This document shows positions 39,601 through 51,861 of a stretch of DNA of 64,000 nucleotides, in pieces. The translations under genes and the position numbers were made by a program. The notes under the pieces were generated by a model. It saw only the letters and a program-made list of their open reading frames with translations, was not told where the DNA came from and did no database searches. The stretch comes from Paragordius varius (Eukaryota > Animalia > Nematomorpha): assembly GCA_964247055.1 (NCBI GenBank), contig OZ176051.1, positions 12,028,001 to 12,092,000 on the forward strand, written 5' to 3'. How positions within the stretch are numbered: position 1 is the stretch's first letter; each line of letters begins with the position of its first letter.

Positions 39601-42600
39601 TTCATAAAAATAAGAATACTATTGAAAATGTATGGAAACGCATAATAAGATTAGTTAAGCACTATTTCCAAAAAAAACTTAAAATAAAAACCTGTGATTT
39701 AATTTTCTTTAGGTATGAGATGAGAGGATAGCTAAGGCCAGAACCGTCAGTTAAATGCTCAGGGAACGCGAGTACGTGTTGTAATCCAATTTTATGTAGG
39801 GCTTTTCTCAAAGCCTAAAAAAATATTCGGCAAAAAAATTGTATATTCCATTTCATTCCATTCATAACTTTTAAAATTTACCCTTAAACAACACAAACCT
39901 CAAAAAATTAGTTTTGTGTTCCTAAGCCTTAAATTAGTAAAATAAAATATTTGTTTTTTTGACCGAGTTTAGAGTAATAAAACAAAACAAAATAAAACAT
40001 GGCTAAAGACAGAAGCCTGTCTTATTTCATTTTCTCATCAATTAAATAGTTTATTTTTAAAGGGAAAAAATGAAAGGCAATTTTTAAGAAGGATAAAGGT
40101 TAATTTAAGTTGAATTTAAAGTGTTTGTAATTTTTCGAAGAGTAAATCTTTGGAATATAAAAATATAAATGTATACAAGCGACAGATTTTATTGTGTATG
40201 TAAAAATTATATATTACGGGTATATAATAGAGTGGGATGCGGTTTAAATAAGCCTCATACCGCGTATACCATGACTGAGTCGGTTTGCATTTCAAGACAT
40301 TCAAAATTTCATCTATGATAAATATACCATTAACAGTTCAAATTCACTCTAATTCAAATTCACCCTTAAACAATTCAACTTCCTCGAACAATTGAAATTC
40401 ACCCCTGAACAATTTAAAATCACCCTAAAATATGTGTTTTTTAAGATTAAAATTACCTTTATAAAATATTTTTTGTTTAAAATTTATATAATACTGAAAA
40501 AATAATAAACTATGTAGTAAAAATATATTCATATTGATGATAAGTTATATTATCCAAAAATAATTTATTTTTAGGGTTATTTTGAATCATTCAAGGGTGA
40601 ATTTGAATTGTAAATGGTATATATATGTATAACAAAATGATTTCTAATCAAATGTTTATATTTGTCATTGAAATTTTTAAGGCATAAATGAAAAGTTAAA
40701 GTTTTGTTTAATTAAGTAAATTAAACAACCATTAAAATGCATACTGTATATTACCAATAATATCTATTAGTGCAAACATATTGAAAGGCCCAATGCATAA
40801 ATGGCATATATAGGAAGAAGGCGGCAGTGTGTTTGAGATTTCACCATTTTCTAATTGTGGAATAAAAGGCAATTTTTGGATGAGGTTTTTAAAGTTTTTT
40901 TGCATAAAAGTTATTATCAAATTTTATAGATGGAAATTGTAAACTATAAAAATTCATTTTAAATAAATATTACTTTTGATTTTCTGTACTTCATTAATGA
41001 ATAAATATTTATATAAAATCATATTTTCTTAAACACAGTCATATTAAGCGTGTTAAAATGAAAAGTTAAAAAATAAAATCGAACCCGTAGTGGGTAAAAT
41101 AGTGTATATTGGAGTGACTTTAACATAACCAATCGGTACATTAAGTGTAGTGAGTGCATTAGTGGTATTATTATTGCTATTATCTAGCAATGTTGGTTCA
41201 GACTTTGTGGCATTTTGATTTGGGAATTTGGGATTTGTAAAATGCATTTCAACCTTATATGAATAAAAAAGTAAATAAGAATTAAAGATTAGATTCAATT
41301 AAAATTACATTAATTATTGTAAAAATTTCCAAAATAGTATGTTATAATTTCATATTGATTAATATGTTAATGTGGCCACAATCATGTAATGCAATATATC
41401 CTATATATATTCCATTTATATGTTCAATTTTACCCTTAATTCAATTCACCCTTGAACAATTCAAATTCACCCTAAAATAAATTAGGATTATAAAATTAAA
41501 AATTACCTTTAATTTATAATATTTTTAAAATATGAAATTCTGTTTAAAATTAATATAAAGCTGGAAAAATAATAAACTATGTCGTAAAAATATATTTCAT
41601 ATTAATGATGAGTTATATTAGCCCGAAAACACATATTTTTAGAGTGAATTTGAATTGTTTAGTGGTATATTATTTTTTGAGGGTGAATTTGTATTGTAAA
41701 TGGTATTTTATTTATATAAATATACATTGTGACAGAACAGTTTTGCACCGACAAATTAAGAAAAACGGTAAACTAAATATTAAAAAAATTTTGATATTAA
41801 GGAATGAGCCTTAAATTTACTATGAATTAAAAAATTTCTGTGTCGCTAAGGTTATAAATAGACACGTCTATCCAATTTTTTTGAATTTATATCGCTAATA
41901 TGGAATTCACAATTGTTTAAATCCGAATTGATAATGGAAATTATCTAAATATCCATAATAAATTTTTTTTATTTATTTATAGAATAAAATAATAATTTTA
42001 AAGTTAAAAATAAAAATAATATACAAAGCACTTGTTCTAATTTTAATTATATATATAATTTACCTGGAAACAATCAAATCGCTGTGAATCTTTGCCGCTG
42101 TTTTCGTTATTCGTGCTGCAAGTCAAATGATCATTTATCAGCTGATATTGTTCAATCAAGGTTTTAGCAAACAGACTGCTAGGTTCAATTTCATATCGAT
42201 CAATCGGAAAATTAGCGGTTCTTTGAGGGGAAAGGCGTTCACGTTCGGCAAAATAACCATAAATGATACCATTTGTTTCAGCCTCTTGATAGCTGGCTGG
42301 TTTAACAATACCCAAATTAATAAAGAGTGTGGGTATACTGTCACGAACAGGCTGCATAAAAATATAAAAAATGTTAACTAAAGAAAAAAAATAGGCGATA
42401 GGGCAAAGTAATATTTAAATGTCCAATTTTTAAGTAAAAAATCTTAAAAAATTGTTAAAAAACTACATGCTATAACTTGCTTATAAAAAGTTTATTTCAA
42501 AACCATATTATCGTGTAATTCGAAATAAATATACTGTTATTTATACCATTTTATTACTAAAACTTACAAAATAATTTTCAAAAAAAAAATGCATAAAAAT

Positions 42601-43851
42601 AAAAAGTTTAAAAAATAATATTATGGCCCACCAAAATATCCTTTTCCCAGCTATGGAAGTAAAACGATTCTGGTAATGGCCAATACGAATTTTGTGCACA
42701 ATTAGTTTTGGCATTCACTATAATGTTAGTTACATGCGTTTCATATGTTTTAACAGGCGAGCCAAGGAGTTTGTTAAAATGTTCTTTGCCTTTTAATGAG
42801 GAATAAATTTCTGAATTTGTTTTAGCGGTGTTGTTTATCGTTTTAGTATTAAAATCCGTTTTCCGCATATCAATGTCCGAGCTTGCAAAAAAATCCATAT
42901 TGTATTCTCTACTCATGTCTGGTGTCGGGATATCTACAACACTATAAGATTTGTTATATTTACGGGTATTTGAAAAAAAAAAGATTTTAAAGTAAGGAAA
43001 AAAATTGTTATAGTCAAACCCCAATCAATTTAATGTTAAATAATTATACATTATTAGAAAACTGCTATATTAAAAAATAACTGATTAATTAATACATGTT
43101 AGTAAAGGGCCAATGAATTGATTAAGTATCAAATGTAAAGCACAAAAATTTGCAATTTCATAGCTTAATGCAAAGTTAAACCATTCATAAATTTTTTAAA
43201 TTCTTAAAAATTGATGTTTACCTAGTATAATGTGGATATATAATGATTTTTAAAACAAACCACTCATTTAAATTAAAAATAATCTATAAAATCAATAATA
43301 TATATATATATAAATACTCTTGTATAAGTATGGTAGGATGTTTAAAACATAATGTAATGCGTGAGAGTGTTAAATAATTAAGAATCCAATCCATGAAAGC
43401 TGACATTTCGACAGGGTTCCTAACTTTTGTGAGTTTGGCTATTTCAATATAATATATATCATTAATACTTCAAACCTTGAACATTTAAATTCACCCGTAA
43501 ATAAATTATGTGTCTTTTGAGATTAAAAATTACCTACATTTTTTAAAATTTTTAAATAATAAAAACTTGCATTTGTTAAAATTTATAAACTGAAAAATAA
43601 AAAAATAAGCCATAAATATATAATTTATTTATATTAACCCGAAAAGTCATAATTTATTTTTAGAGTGAATTGATTTGATTAAGGTTGATTTTGAATTGTA
43701 AATGGTATAATATATATTATCAAGATTGTCACATTCATATAAATGTTTATATCGGGTTGAGACAAACATCATATTAAGAAAAATATCATAAGCCAAAAAG
43801 CGAATAATTTTAAAAAATTTTATTACCTTTATGTAAAAAGTTTGAAATTTA

Positions 43852-43905
<54 letters not shown>

Positions 43906-45334
43906 TTATAAGGTAGCCAATATCAATAATAAATTAGTATCGGGAAAAACTATTAAACGGAATTTCGTTAGGTTATGTATCTATAAATCCCATTTTTAGC
44001 TCTTTCCCGTATCTAAAAAATGGCGTTAATTTAAAAAGTTTATATAAGCTCTAATAATCATAATTTGGCTGGTATATTTTAAACTGTAACAATTTAATAT
44101 AATATTTTAGGTCCAATACACGGCTTTAATATCGATTTCAAATTAATTAACTATATTTAACATGGGAATAAAAGCAAAAGTTTTACCATAATTTAATCAA
44201 TTTATATTTTACATCTGATTAATATATTAACCCAAAAAACGTTTTTTGTACAAATCTAAATTTATATTGACAGATATTATAATAAGTTTACAGATATCAG
44301 CGTTTTACTACATATTTTTAAAAATTAGAACGATACTGATAATCGGCTGTTTGAAGCATTCACCAAAATTTTTGGAGATTAAACACCTTATTCTATATTA
44401 TACGAATCCTTCCAAAAAATAAAAATAACCCTCAAATATGGCATATTTCAAAAAAGATTTTTTGTAATTTTAATTATATTAAATTAATAACAATTACACA
44501 ACTATAAGCTAAAAAATTTATAAAATTATATAATTTTAATTTTATGGGGATAAAACGGTTTAAATAAAAAACCTCCAGTGCTCTCACAAAAACTTTGCAA
44601 ATCATGTGTCTCAATAACTTTTGTAGTTGTATCTTTGAGGGTTGATTTTACCATTTTTGTCATAATAGTGTTAGATAAGTTTCCAGAATATGCGATGTAA
44701 AGGGTGAAAAATTTATGGTCCCATCTATATGGTAATGACCATAGTTCGGTACCCAATAAGCGATCTTTTGATGCCGAATTTAAATTAAATATATTGATTA
44801 ACTATTGTATATTAATATTATAAAGCAAACCTTTTCGGTGAAATTTGACTCTTTTTGAAGATAACAACCGTTTGTTATAAATATACATACACAGTATTCC
44901 GTATAAAATGGTGAACGCCCCTAAAAATATTACTGATTATTTACTTGTCCAAAAGTATCAATTCCAGACATAAATCGGTTAATATTTAGTAAGTCAAATG
45001 TTTGAATGACCGCATTAGGGACTTTGGTAGATAAAGAATTCGCTTTAACAAACTTTAACTCATGCATAAAAGTTATATGATTTTCTCTCCAGCCAGCCTA
45101 TACATTTTAGAAAATAGTAACTTTTATATTATGTGGATATTCATCCAAAGTTAGCAACATATATCTATCTATACGTGCATTAGGTTCTTTGGCTCGCAAC
45201 TATATTTTAAAATTAAGCACAACTTTTATAAATGATTCTATAAAATTTTTAGCGACATCTAAATAACTAATTCCTAAATATGTCTTTTGTTGCATCGAAA
45301 AATTGTTATCAACCAAAAAGACGATAATAGTCAT
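33690..45334 (-). CDS. INTS6: Integrator complex subunit 6, spliced. First exons 45334-45224, 45199-45122, 45097-44945, 44920-44831, 44801-about 44565. Further exons near 42990-42630, 42350-42063, 41250-41090, 40920-40740, 40300-40217, 39815-39695, 38736-38567, 37670-37121, 36937-36766, 36380-36250, 36060-35790, 35310-35183, 34610-33963, 33855-33690. Some internal boundaries and the 3' end are unresolved
   Basis: VWA N-terminus MTIIVFLVDNNFSM; AGWRENHITFMHELK; FDLLNINRFMSGIDTFGQGRSPFY; GTELWSLPYRWDHKFF; WPLPESF; PIDRYEIEPS; GLSYPLISYLKK; SIAQMGNFQEY; PRLHTFGNPFK. These match INTS6 in order. The exons below about 35300 are assigned by phase only. Confidence 0.92.
36482..36718. mobile_element. 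TATA-flanked MITE (ends CCATTTACAGTTCAAATTCACCC) in an INTS6 intron
   Basis: Terminal inverted repeats and internal sequence shared with the other copies. Confidence 0.75.
38170..38488. mobile_element. TATA-flanked MITE in an INTS6 intron
   Basis: CCATTTACAGTTCAAATTCACC...GGGTGAATTTGAA...TAATGG|TA with 21-bp subterminal repeats. Confidence 0.8.
38936..39248. mobile_element. TATA-flanked MITE in an INTS6 intron
   Basis: Ends CCATTTCAC... and ...TTGTAAATGG|TATA; several AATTTGAATTGTTCAAGGGT repeats. Confidence 0.8.
39405..39561. repeat. Foldback element (about 157 bp imperfect palindrome) in an INTS6 intron
   Basis: ATGGTTGCTTATTTCACA...GGGCAATT...GTATGGAAAAA is mirrored by its reverse complement ending TGTGAAATAAGCAACCAT. 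Confidence 0.8.
40327..40617. mobile_element. TATA-flanked MITE in an INTS6 intron
   Basis: TATA|CCATTAACAGTTCAAATTCAC...GTGAATTTGAATTGTAAATGG|TATA. Confidence 0.85.
41412..41703. mobile_element. TATA-flanked MITE in an INTS6 intron
   Basis: Same ends and internal sequence as the other copies. Confidence 0.8.
43460..43705. mobile_element. TATA-flanked MITE in an INTS6 intron
   Basis: Right end TTTGAATTGTAAATGG|TATA intact; left end degenerate. Confidence 0.75.
43855..43902. repeat. (AT)n microsatellite, the longest of many in the window
   Basis: An uninterrupted AT dinucleotide run of about 45 bp. Confidence 0.9.
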
Positions 45335-47222
45335 GTTTTGGTCCTTCTAGGTATCACAGCATGGAATTTAATGTTTTATCATATGTGGATATAATTTGAT
45401 ATGCGCAATATCATGCTAAAAAATACTTATATTTGATTGGGATAATTGCGACCTCTATACGCATCATATATTAAAAGTCTCTTTGAGTGATACGCCGAAA
45501 TAAAAAAAATATCGATTAAAATAATTTGCCTATTTTAACAGCTACTTTTTGGGTTAGTTTTCCAGACCGATTTTTTTTGATATTACTTTTCTTAGTTTTT
45601 ATTTTGCAATTTATATCCCAGAGTAATTATTATAAATAAACCAGAGTTTTGAAAGTATTTTAGTTAAACATTTATAATTGTTCTCATGTTTTAGATTAAG
45701 CTTATATTTGCTGTTATGTGGCTTACCGAGTATGAAATTAGGACAGCTCCAAAACACGATTTAAATAAAGAGCTGCTATTAAAATTGCCTGAAAATTTTT
45801 ATTATTAATTCTAACCATAAACTACATCTATCAGTCTGTTGCAAGCGATTAAAATATATATAAAAAAGATAACGGTAAATAGGTTTGAGATTAGGATTTT
45901 AAGTAAATTTTAAAAAAATTTGTATAAATGCGCCTAAAACTAAAAGATATTTTTAAATTCAATTTAATACCTAAAATTCTCATATTCAAAATTTAAATCG
46001 CTCTAGGTTATAAAACTACCCTAAAAGGTAATGGAGTATTAATTGCCAACATTCTTTAAGCGTTTAGGCCTAAAATATTTATTTACCTTTAGGCACATGC
46101 TAATAAAATATTTTGAAAAAACCTCATTGCGGCCAATTTTTAATTATTTAAATCGTTAAGCAACAGAAAAAATTTATATTATTAGAAAATGTAATAAATT
46201 AACGAAAAGCTTTTAGGCTACATTTTACCAAAAATGTTGAGACATGTTGATTGAGTGAGCGTTTATTAGAATCTTGTTTTGACGCTGTCCCAAAAGACCC
46301 TAAGTTAAAAAATATAAGCTTTTTTGTATGCAGGAAAAATTATTAAAATTAGATACCAAAACAACTCCCAAAACAGTAATTTATAAAATTAAGCTTTGGG
46401 ATATAATCCCCAATATGTCATGGCGGACAAAAAAGCGATGAGCAAAAATTTTGACGCTAAAAAACAATGCCAAAACCATTTTTCTCGATATTAATGTAAA
46501 CTTCCATTAAATTTTCATTTTGTTTTGTCAGCGATGTCTGGGGGTAGTTTTATATCCAAGAGGCTAACTTTTTATATAGACGATTGTTTTGTTAAAATTA
46601 AATTTTCAAACGTTGTTCTCCTGTATTAAATAAGAATTATATATTATTTTAACATTTAGATGATCCAAAACAAGATTAAATAATCGCTGGTAAACCGTAG
46701 CCGGAATATTTTTTACAGTTATTTATTTACATTTACTATGCATTTTTCCTGTTGTATCAGCAATTAAAAAAATTTAAAGAAAAAAAGGCGGCAGAAAGTT
46801 TGAGGGGATTTTTTTACAATTTTATATTTAAATTTTTTTTTAGAATCATGCGCCTAGAAATCTAAAGTAATCATATAATTATTTGGCACACCTTCAAGAT
46901 ATTTAAATTTCCGATCGCTATAAGTAACCTTAAAAGGTCCATGATCTGTTAAATACAATTTTAATCAGGAATATATATCTTGACTAGAACAAAAAAAGAG
47001 AATATGAAATAGCGTCAATGATTCATCTCAGGGCTTCTTAAACTATGGGTCGCGACCCCATTTGGGGTTGCGAGTGATAAAAATACAATTTAATAAAAAA
47101 TGTTTATAAACTTGTAGAATTATTGTTACAAAGAAAAATAACAATTATCGCATATAAATATATTCTAAAATCTTCTTGTTCGGAAAGACTGTTTATATTA
47201 GCATTTCTATATCGATCATTAT

Positions 47223-47626
47223 AATCTATATATTTATAAAAATGGAAAATGCTGGCTTTGTGATCTGTTTCCGTAAAACCGGTAGACCCATTCAAATCCA
47301 AATGTCAAAAAAATATAAAATTAATGAATGTATCGACAATTTACTCTTTTTTTGAAATAGGCCCCAGTTCGGGCCCACCCCGTCTAAAAACAGCTTTTTT
47401 GAAAGTCCACAAAAATCGTGTCTTTGAGACAATTTTCCGGAAAACGTGTTGGTCGTTTTCAAATATGATTTTTTTACCTTTTTTCGATTGCGCCTAACAT
47501 AGTCGACTTACTTTTTTAATTTAGGCTCTCTTTTTATCCTCTTCCCCCGTAAGATGCTATTTTTTTCGAAAAAACTAAATAATTTTTTTGTCCAGGGTAT
47601 GAGACAGTCAATGAGGATTCCAGGTA
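47223..47626 (-). repeat. Inverted copy of the repeat at 1-450
   Basis: See the feature at 1-450. Confidence 0.85.
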
Positions 47627-49854
47627 TTCCCTATTAAAAGGCAAAAATTTTAGTTTTGCGTTTTTTTAATTTTGGCTGGATAAAAAGATAGCCGCTAGAA
47701 CTGCGCCACTATATAGAATTTGCTTTGTTTTGGAGCACAGATATGAAGCCATATGAGCTCATTAAAATAAAATATTAGCCGTAACTAGGTAAAATTTAAT
47801 GTCGGGCTTTTTATTAGCCGTTAATTTGGGGTTTTTATGCTTTCGCCATCATATAACGATTTTTTACAGCTGAGGTATTTTTTTAATAACCCATTAGACG
47901 ATTGTATCAAAGATGCCCTATAAAGGCAAAGAATTTTACTCGGTGCTTCCATACTATGGGTAGACGTCTACCGGTTTAAAACACCATATAAAATGGCGTA
48001 GTTTTGGAGCTAATTTTCGAAAAATTTAAACAGCACGAGTTCAGTTAAATATATTTCTGGATAATTTGTATAATATCATTCTTTCCTTTAAAAGGGACGA
48101 CAAATGATTTACTTTTGTTATCCCTTGATCAGATGTGTGAACACAATTTCAAAATAGAACTTATAACCATGATTTCTGAAATGAAATCTTAAATTAAATC
48201 CAATGATAGTTGAATATTAACCTTTATAAGGGACAGTTTAAATATGGTCAATTTTGAGTAAACAATATTTGAGCCTATGCAAAAATTTGTAAAAGAATAA
48301 TTAATGAGATTTTTTATTAAATATGTTTTTTATATTTTTTTATCTCCATCTCTATTTATTGTAAAGTGACCAGATAGGCTGTTTTTGGCAGTATAGTACT
48401 GGATTTTTAGAAAATAACTGCGACAGTACTGCCCCCACTTTTGTACCGCTTTTTGAAATTTAAATATAGTACCCTCTGTAAAAATAACCCCATAATTTGT
48501 AAAGAAATGGTGCATTTTGGGGTAAAAAAATAAGATTGGTCTATTTTTAATTGGTTAATATTTTATTTCTGCTCGAATTATATATAAAATTGGATTTTGG
48601 ATCGGTCAAATCGCTTTTCGTTGCAGCCTTTCGCGCAGTGGCGACACTATAAATCACGGACTCCACCGTTTTTTCACACAGGGCTTCCGAAATTGACATT
48701 TATTATATTTTAATAAATGTTTGATCTAGTTGGAAAGTTTATTTTTTGTTATAATTATCGGGAGAATTATTTAGAAAATTGCTATTCCCGCAACTATTAT
48801 TTAAAATTAATTATATATGGCATATGATTCGAAATAACTTTTTTTTCATAATAATTAAGAGTTTTTAAATTTACATACTCATTAGGTGGGAGGTATGTTA
48901 TAACTTAATTTTTTTCCTAAACTTTAATTTTATTAGTTTTCTTGTTTTTTTGCATAAACAAATTTGAGTATGTTGCCTACTTCAAACTATTTTATAGCAT
49001 GATGGAAACGGTGTAACGCTTTGAGATATGATAAAACCCTTTTTCTAAATAATATGATATTTAACATTACTATAGATTGAGAATTGAAGGTTTGTTTGCT
49101 TGATTTTGGTGAATTTTGTAAAAAACACAATTTTTATTTTACATAAATTTAAAACGAACGAATATTTTAATCATAATTCTGAAAAAAATGTTTAGCATTA
49201 TCGAATCAAATATATATATATATATATATATAAATGGTCTAACATCTCAACCGTTTATATCGTATCCATCGTCCTCAAAATAGTATGAAGTGCGCTTCAA
49301 CAAAATTTTGCTAAAAATTTAATTTTTGAAAGTGTGAATTTTTTAAAAAATAAATTTAGTTGATATCAAAATTTAGCACATATTTGAAATAATTACTAAT
49401 GTCGGATTTTTAGGTTTTTTTGTGAGAATAGTCTGTTTTAAAAGAGCAAAAAAATTTGGGACTTTCAAAGCCCACCTAACAATTTAAAATTTTTAAAAAA
49501 TTTGCTTTTTTTATGTAGTTTATGTTATATTTAAGTGATATTTTTGAAATAAAGTATTAAGTTTTCACCACAAAATATATTTGAACTTGCGCACCTTTTG
49601 CAATTTTATGCGGAGCTACCACAAAAGTGTTGATAACTTTCTTTAATAATAAAGATTAAAACCAAAAACACCATGATAATCCTGATATTTCCTATCAGAA
49701 TATTTTATTTCATCAGGATATTTTTTGCGGAAACTGTGTTATATACCACACCAATGGTGTAAAAACAGCTAAGTATGTTTTAATTTTGTACTGCGTCAAA
49801 ATTCTAAATATCTGGTAACATTGATTTATTGCAAATTATTAGGAATTATGAGTG

Positions 49855-49891
49855 GGACTACGCCACGGCAAAGCGTGACAAGGCCAGCTAG
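49855..49891 (+). mobile_element. Helitron-type 3' terminus (possible 5' end near 47627)
   Basis: GC-rich hairpin GCCACG-GCAAAG-CGTGAC followed about 8 nt later by CTAG|T, the canonical Helitron end. A candidate 5' end TCCCTATTAAAAGGC lies at about 47628. Confidence 0.6.
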
Positions 49892-50759
49892 TATCTTGTT
49901 TAAATTTATCAGAAAATGTTATAGAAATTTATAAAAAATGGAGATTTATTTTTGTCAATCTCTTAAAACCAAAATTATCTTGTATAAATTTACTATAATC
50001 AGCAAATATTATAGAAATTTATAAAAAATGCAGATTTATTTTTGTCAATCTCCTAAAACCGAAATAATCCTGATAAATATTATCAACAAAATTTCTAGGT
50101 GTTATTGCGAATCTAGGGGTTGTTAAGAAACACGCCATCATAAATGGGGTCGGGAACTACAAAAGTTTAAGACGCTTTGAATTAAATAGACGGGACGACC
50201 ACAAATAAATGATGGGATTTATATGATCCAATGTATCAATAATTTCTTTGAATCAAAAAAAGGAATTTAACACGCTTTTTGCCTTATATTATTAGAAACC
50301 ATATTTTTCAATTTAAAAACATGTATGATGTATTATATTCGGGAACCTAATAAAGTTTAGACATTATTTTAATGTATTTTCCCAAAATCTTTTCGGTATA
50401 AATTAATAAAATATAAATTCAGTAACATTTATATTCCATATCTTGCTATCCAAAACGAAAGGTTTCGAATTATAAGCGTAAATGAAAATCATGAAAAAGG
50501 GATTTGCATAGCATTTTCGTTAGGGACATGGTGAAGCCATTACCTGTTTTATATACCAAAGCGATTTCACTATAAAGTATTATGATATTAAGCGAATTTA
50601 AAAATATGATTTCTTCAGTCCTTTAAGCGCATTATTATAATATTTTTTTTAAAAAATGTAAAATTGTTATAAATTCCTATTCTCATACTTTTTGCCGCTT
50701 TTTTAATAATGCAACAGGCAAATAAATGTATAATGTGGTTAGAAAATATAAATAATAAA

Positions 50760-51780
50760 CTTTAGACTTTCAGGCTACATTGTACCACAAAATAAACTGC
50801 GTCAGATTAACAATAGGCAACACAGCTTTCGTTCCAAACGAGTCTGGGATTCATCAAAGATCTATCTTAAGCCCTTTTCTTTTTATATTAATTATTTATC
50901 TAACAAAAGATATAAAAGGTCGACTATGGGAGTTTATCTATGCTTACATCATGATCGCGGCAACATCAATTGAGAATTTAAATCAAAAGTACAACATATG
51001 AAAATTTTAAAATAGTGAAACGGCGATAAACAAAGCAAAACACATGTGCAAATAACGGATAAAACGGTATGTGAACGAGTTAGTTTATATATGGAGTAAA
51101 ATAAAACTTTACTCAATACTATGTACATCTTCAAGGGTGGTATACAAAAAGTGCTTTCTTATAAAAGGGACTTTAAACAACCAGGATAAATTTCTATGTG
51201 AATCATGCAAAAATAAAACTGTAAATCCACATACTTCTCTAAATACACTTATATGTCAGACGCCAAAATGATTCATTAATAATTTTGAATACCCGGGCGA
51301 TGTTATACATTTCCGAGGTAGAATAAGCCAGATAGTTCAATAAAGATCCCATTAGGCTTGGGTAAATTATCATCAATCTAAAATAGCGCTGAAAAATAAA
51401 CATATATCTGGAAAAAACAAAGGCCTGATCTAAAAACAACCATACGCCCCATACTCCTCTATGGAAGCGATACATGGCCGATGACATATTAAATCGAGAA
51501 TTAACTGATGGACATAAAAAGCGGATGATTTAACTATTTAACCCCAATAGGTCAAACTCAAATTTGGATCAACTCTACTAACCTTTAAATATGCTCAGAT
51601 GTAATAGACTCAGATGTTTAGGACACATCAAACTAGCTCCAGAACAATGGACATATAAAATTTTATTTCCACATCCCGAAGGTATCAATCGTATGAGCAG
51701 ACCTACTTTAAACTGGGAAGTTGCCAACATTGATGTAATGCCTGGAAGGATCGCAAATGTTACAGGCAGATAGGGATACA
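50760..51780 (+). mobile_element. Decayed RTE LINE, RT to 3' end
   Basis: ORF track peptides GIHQRSILSPFLFILI (GxxQG motif region) and LRCLGHI...EGINRMSRPTLNW (RTE C-terminus). Confidence 0.75.
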
Positions 51781-51861
51781 ATGACTAGCCATCCCACACG
51801 ATACCTCCTAAGATGAAACATTTTTTAATAACCTTGCAAGTAAAAAATTTATTAAAATAAA

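Larger units (their letters stand above)
47029..50179. mobile_element. Probable non-autonomous hAT element inflated by nested insertions
   Basis: Left end CAGGGCTTCTTAAACTATGGGTCGCGACCCC; right end GGGGTCGGGA...AGTTTAAGACGCTTTG (13/16 match to the reverse complement of the left end). Internal tandem repeat of about 88 bp at 49905-50080. No clear TSD. Confidence 0.5.
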
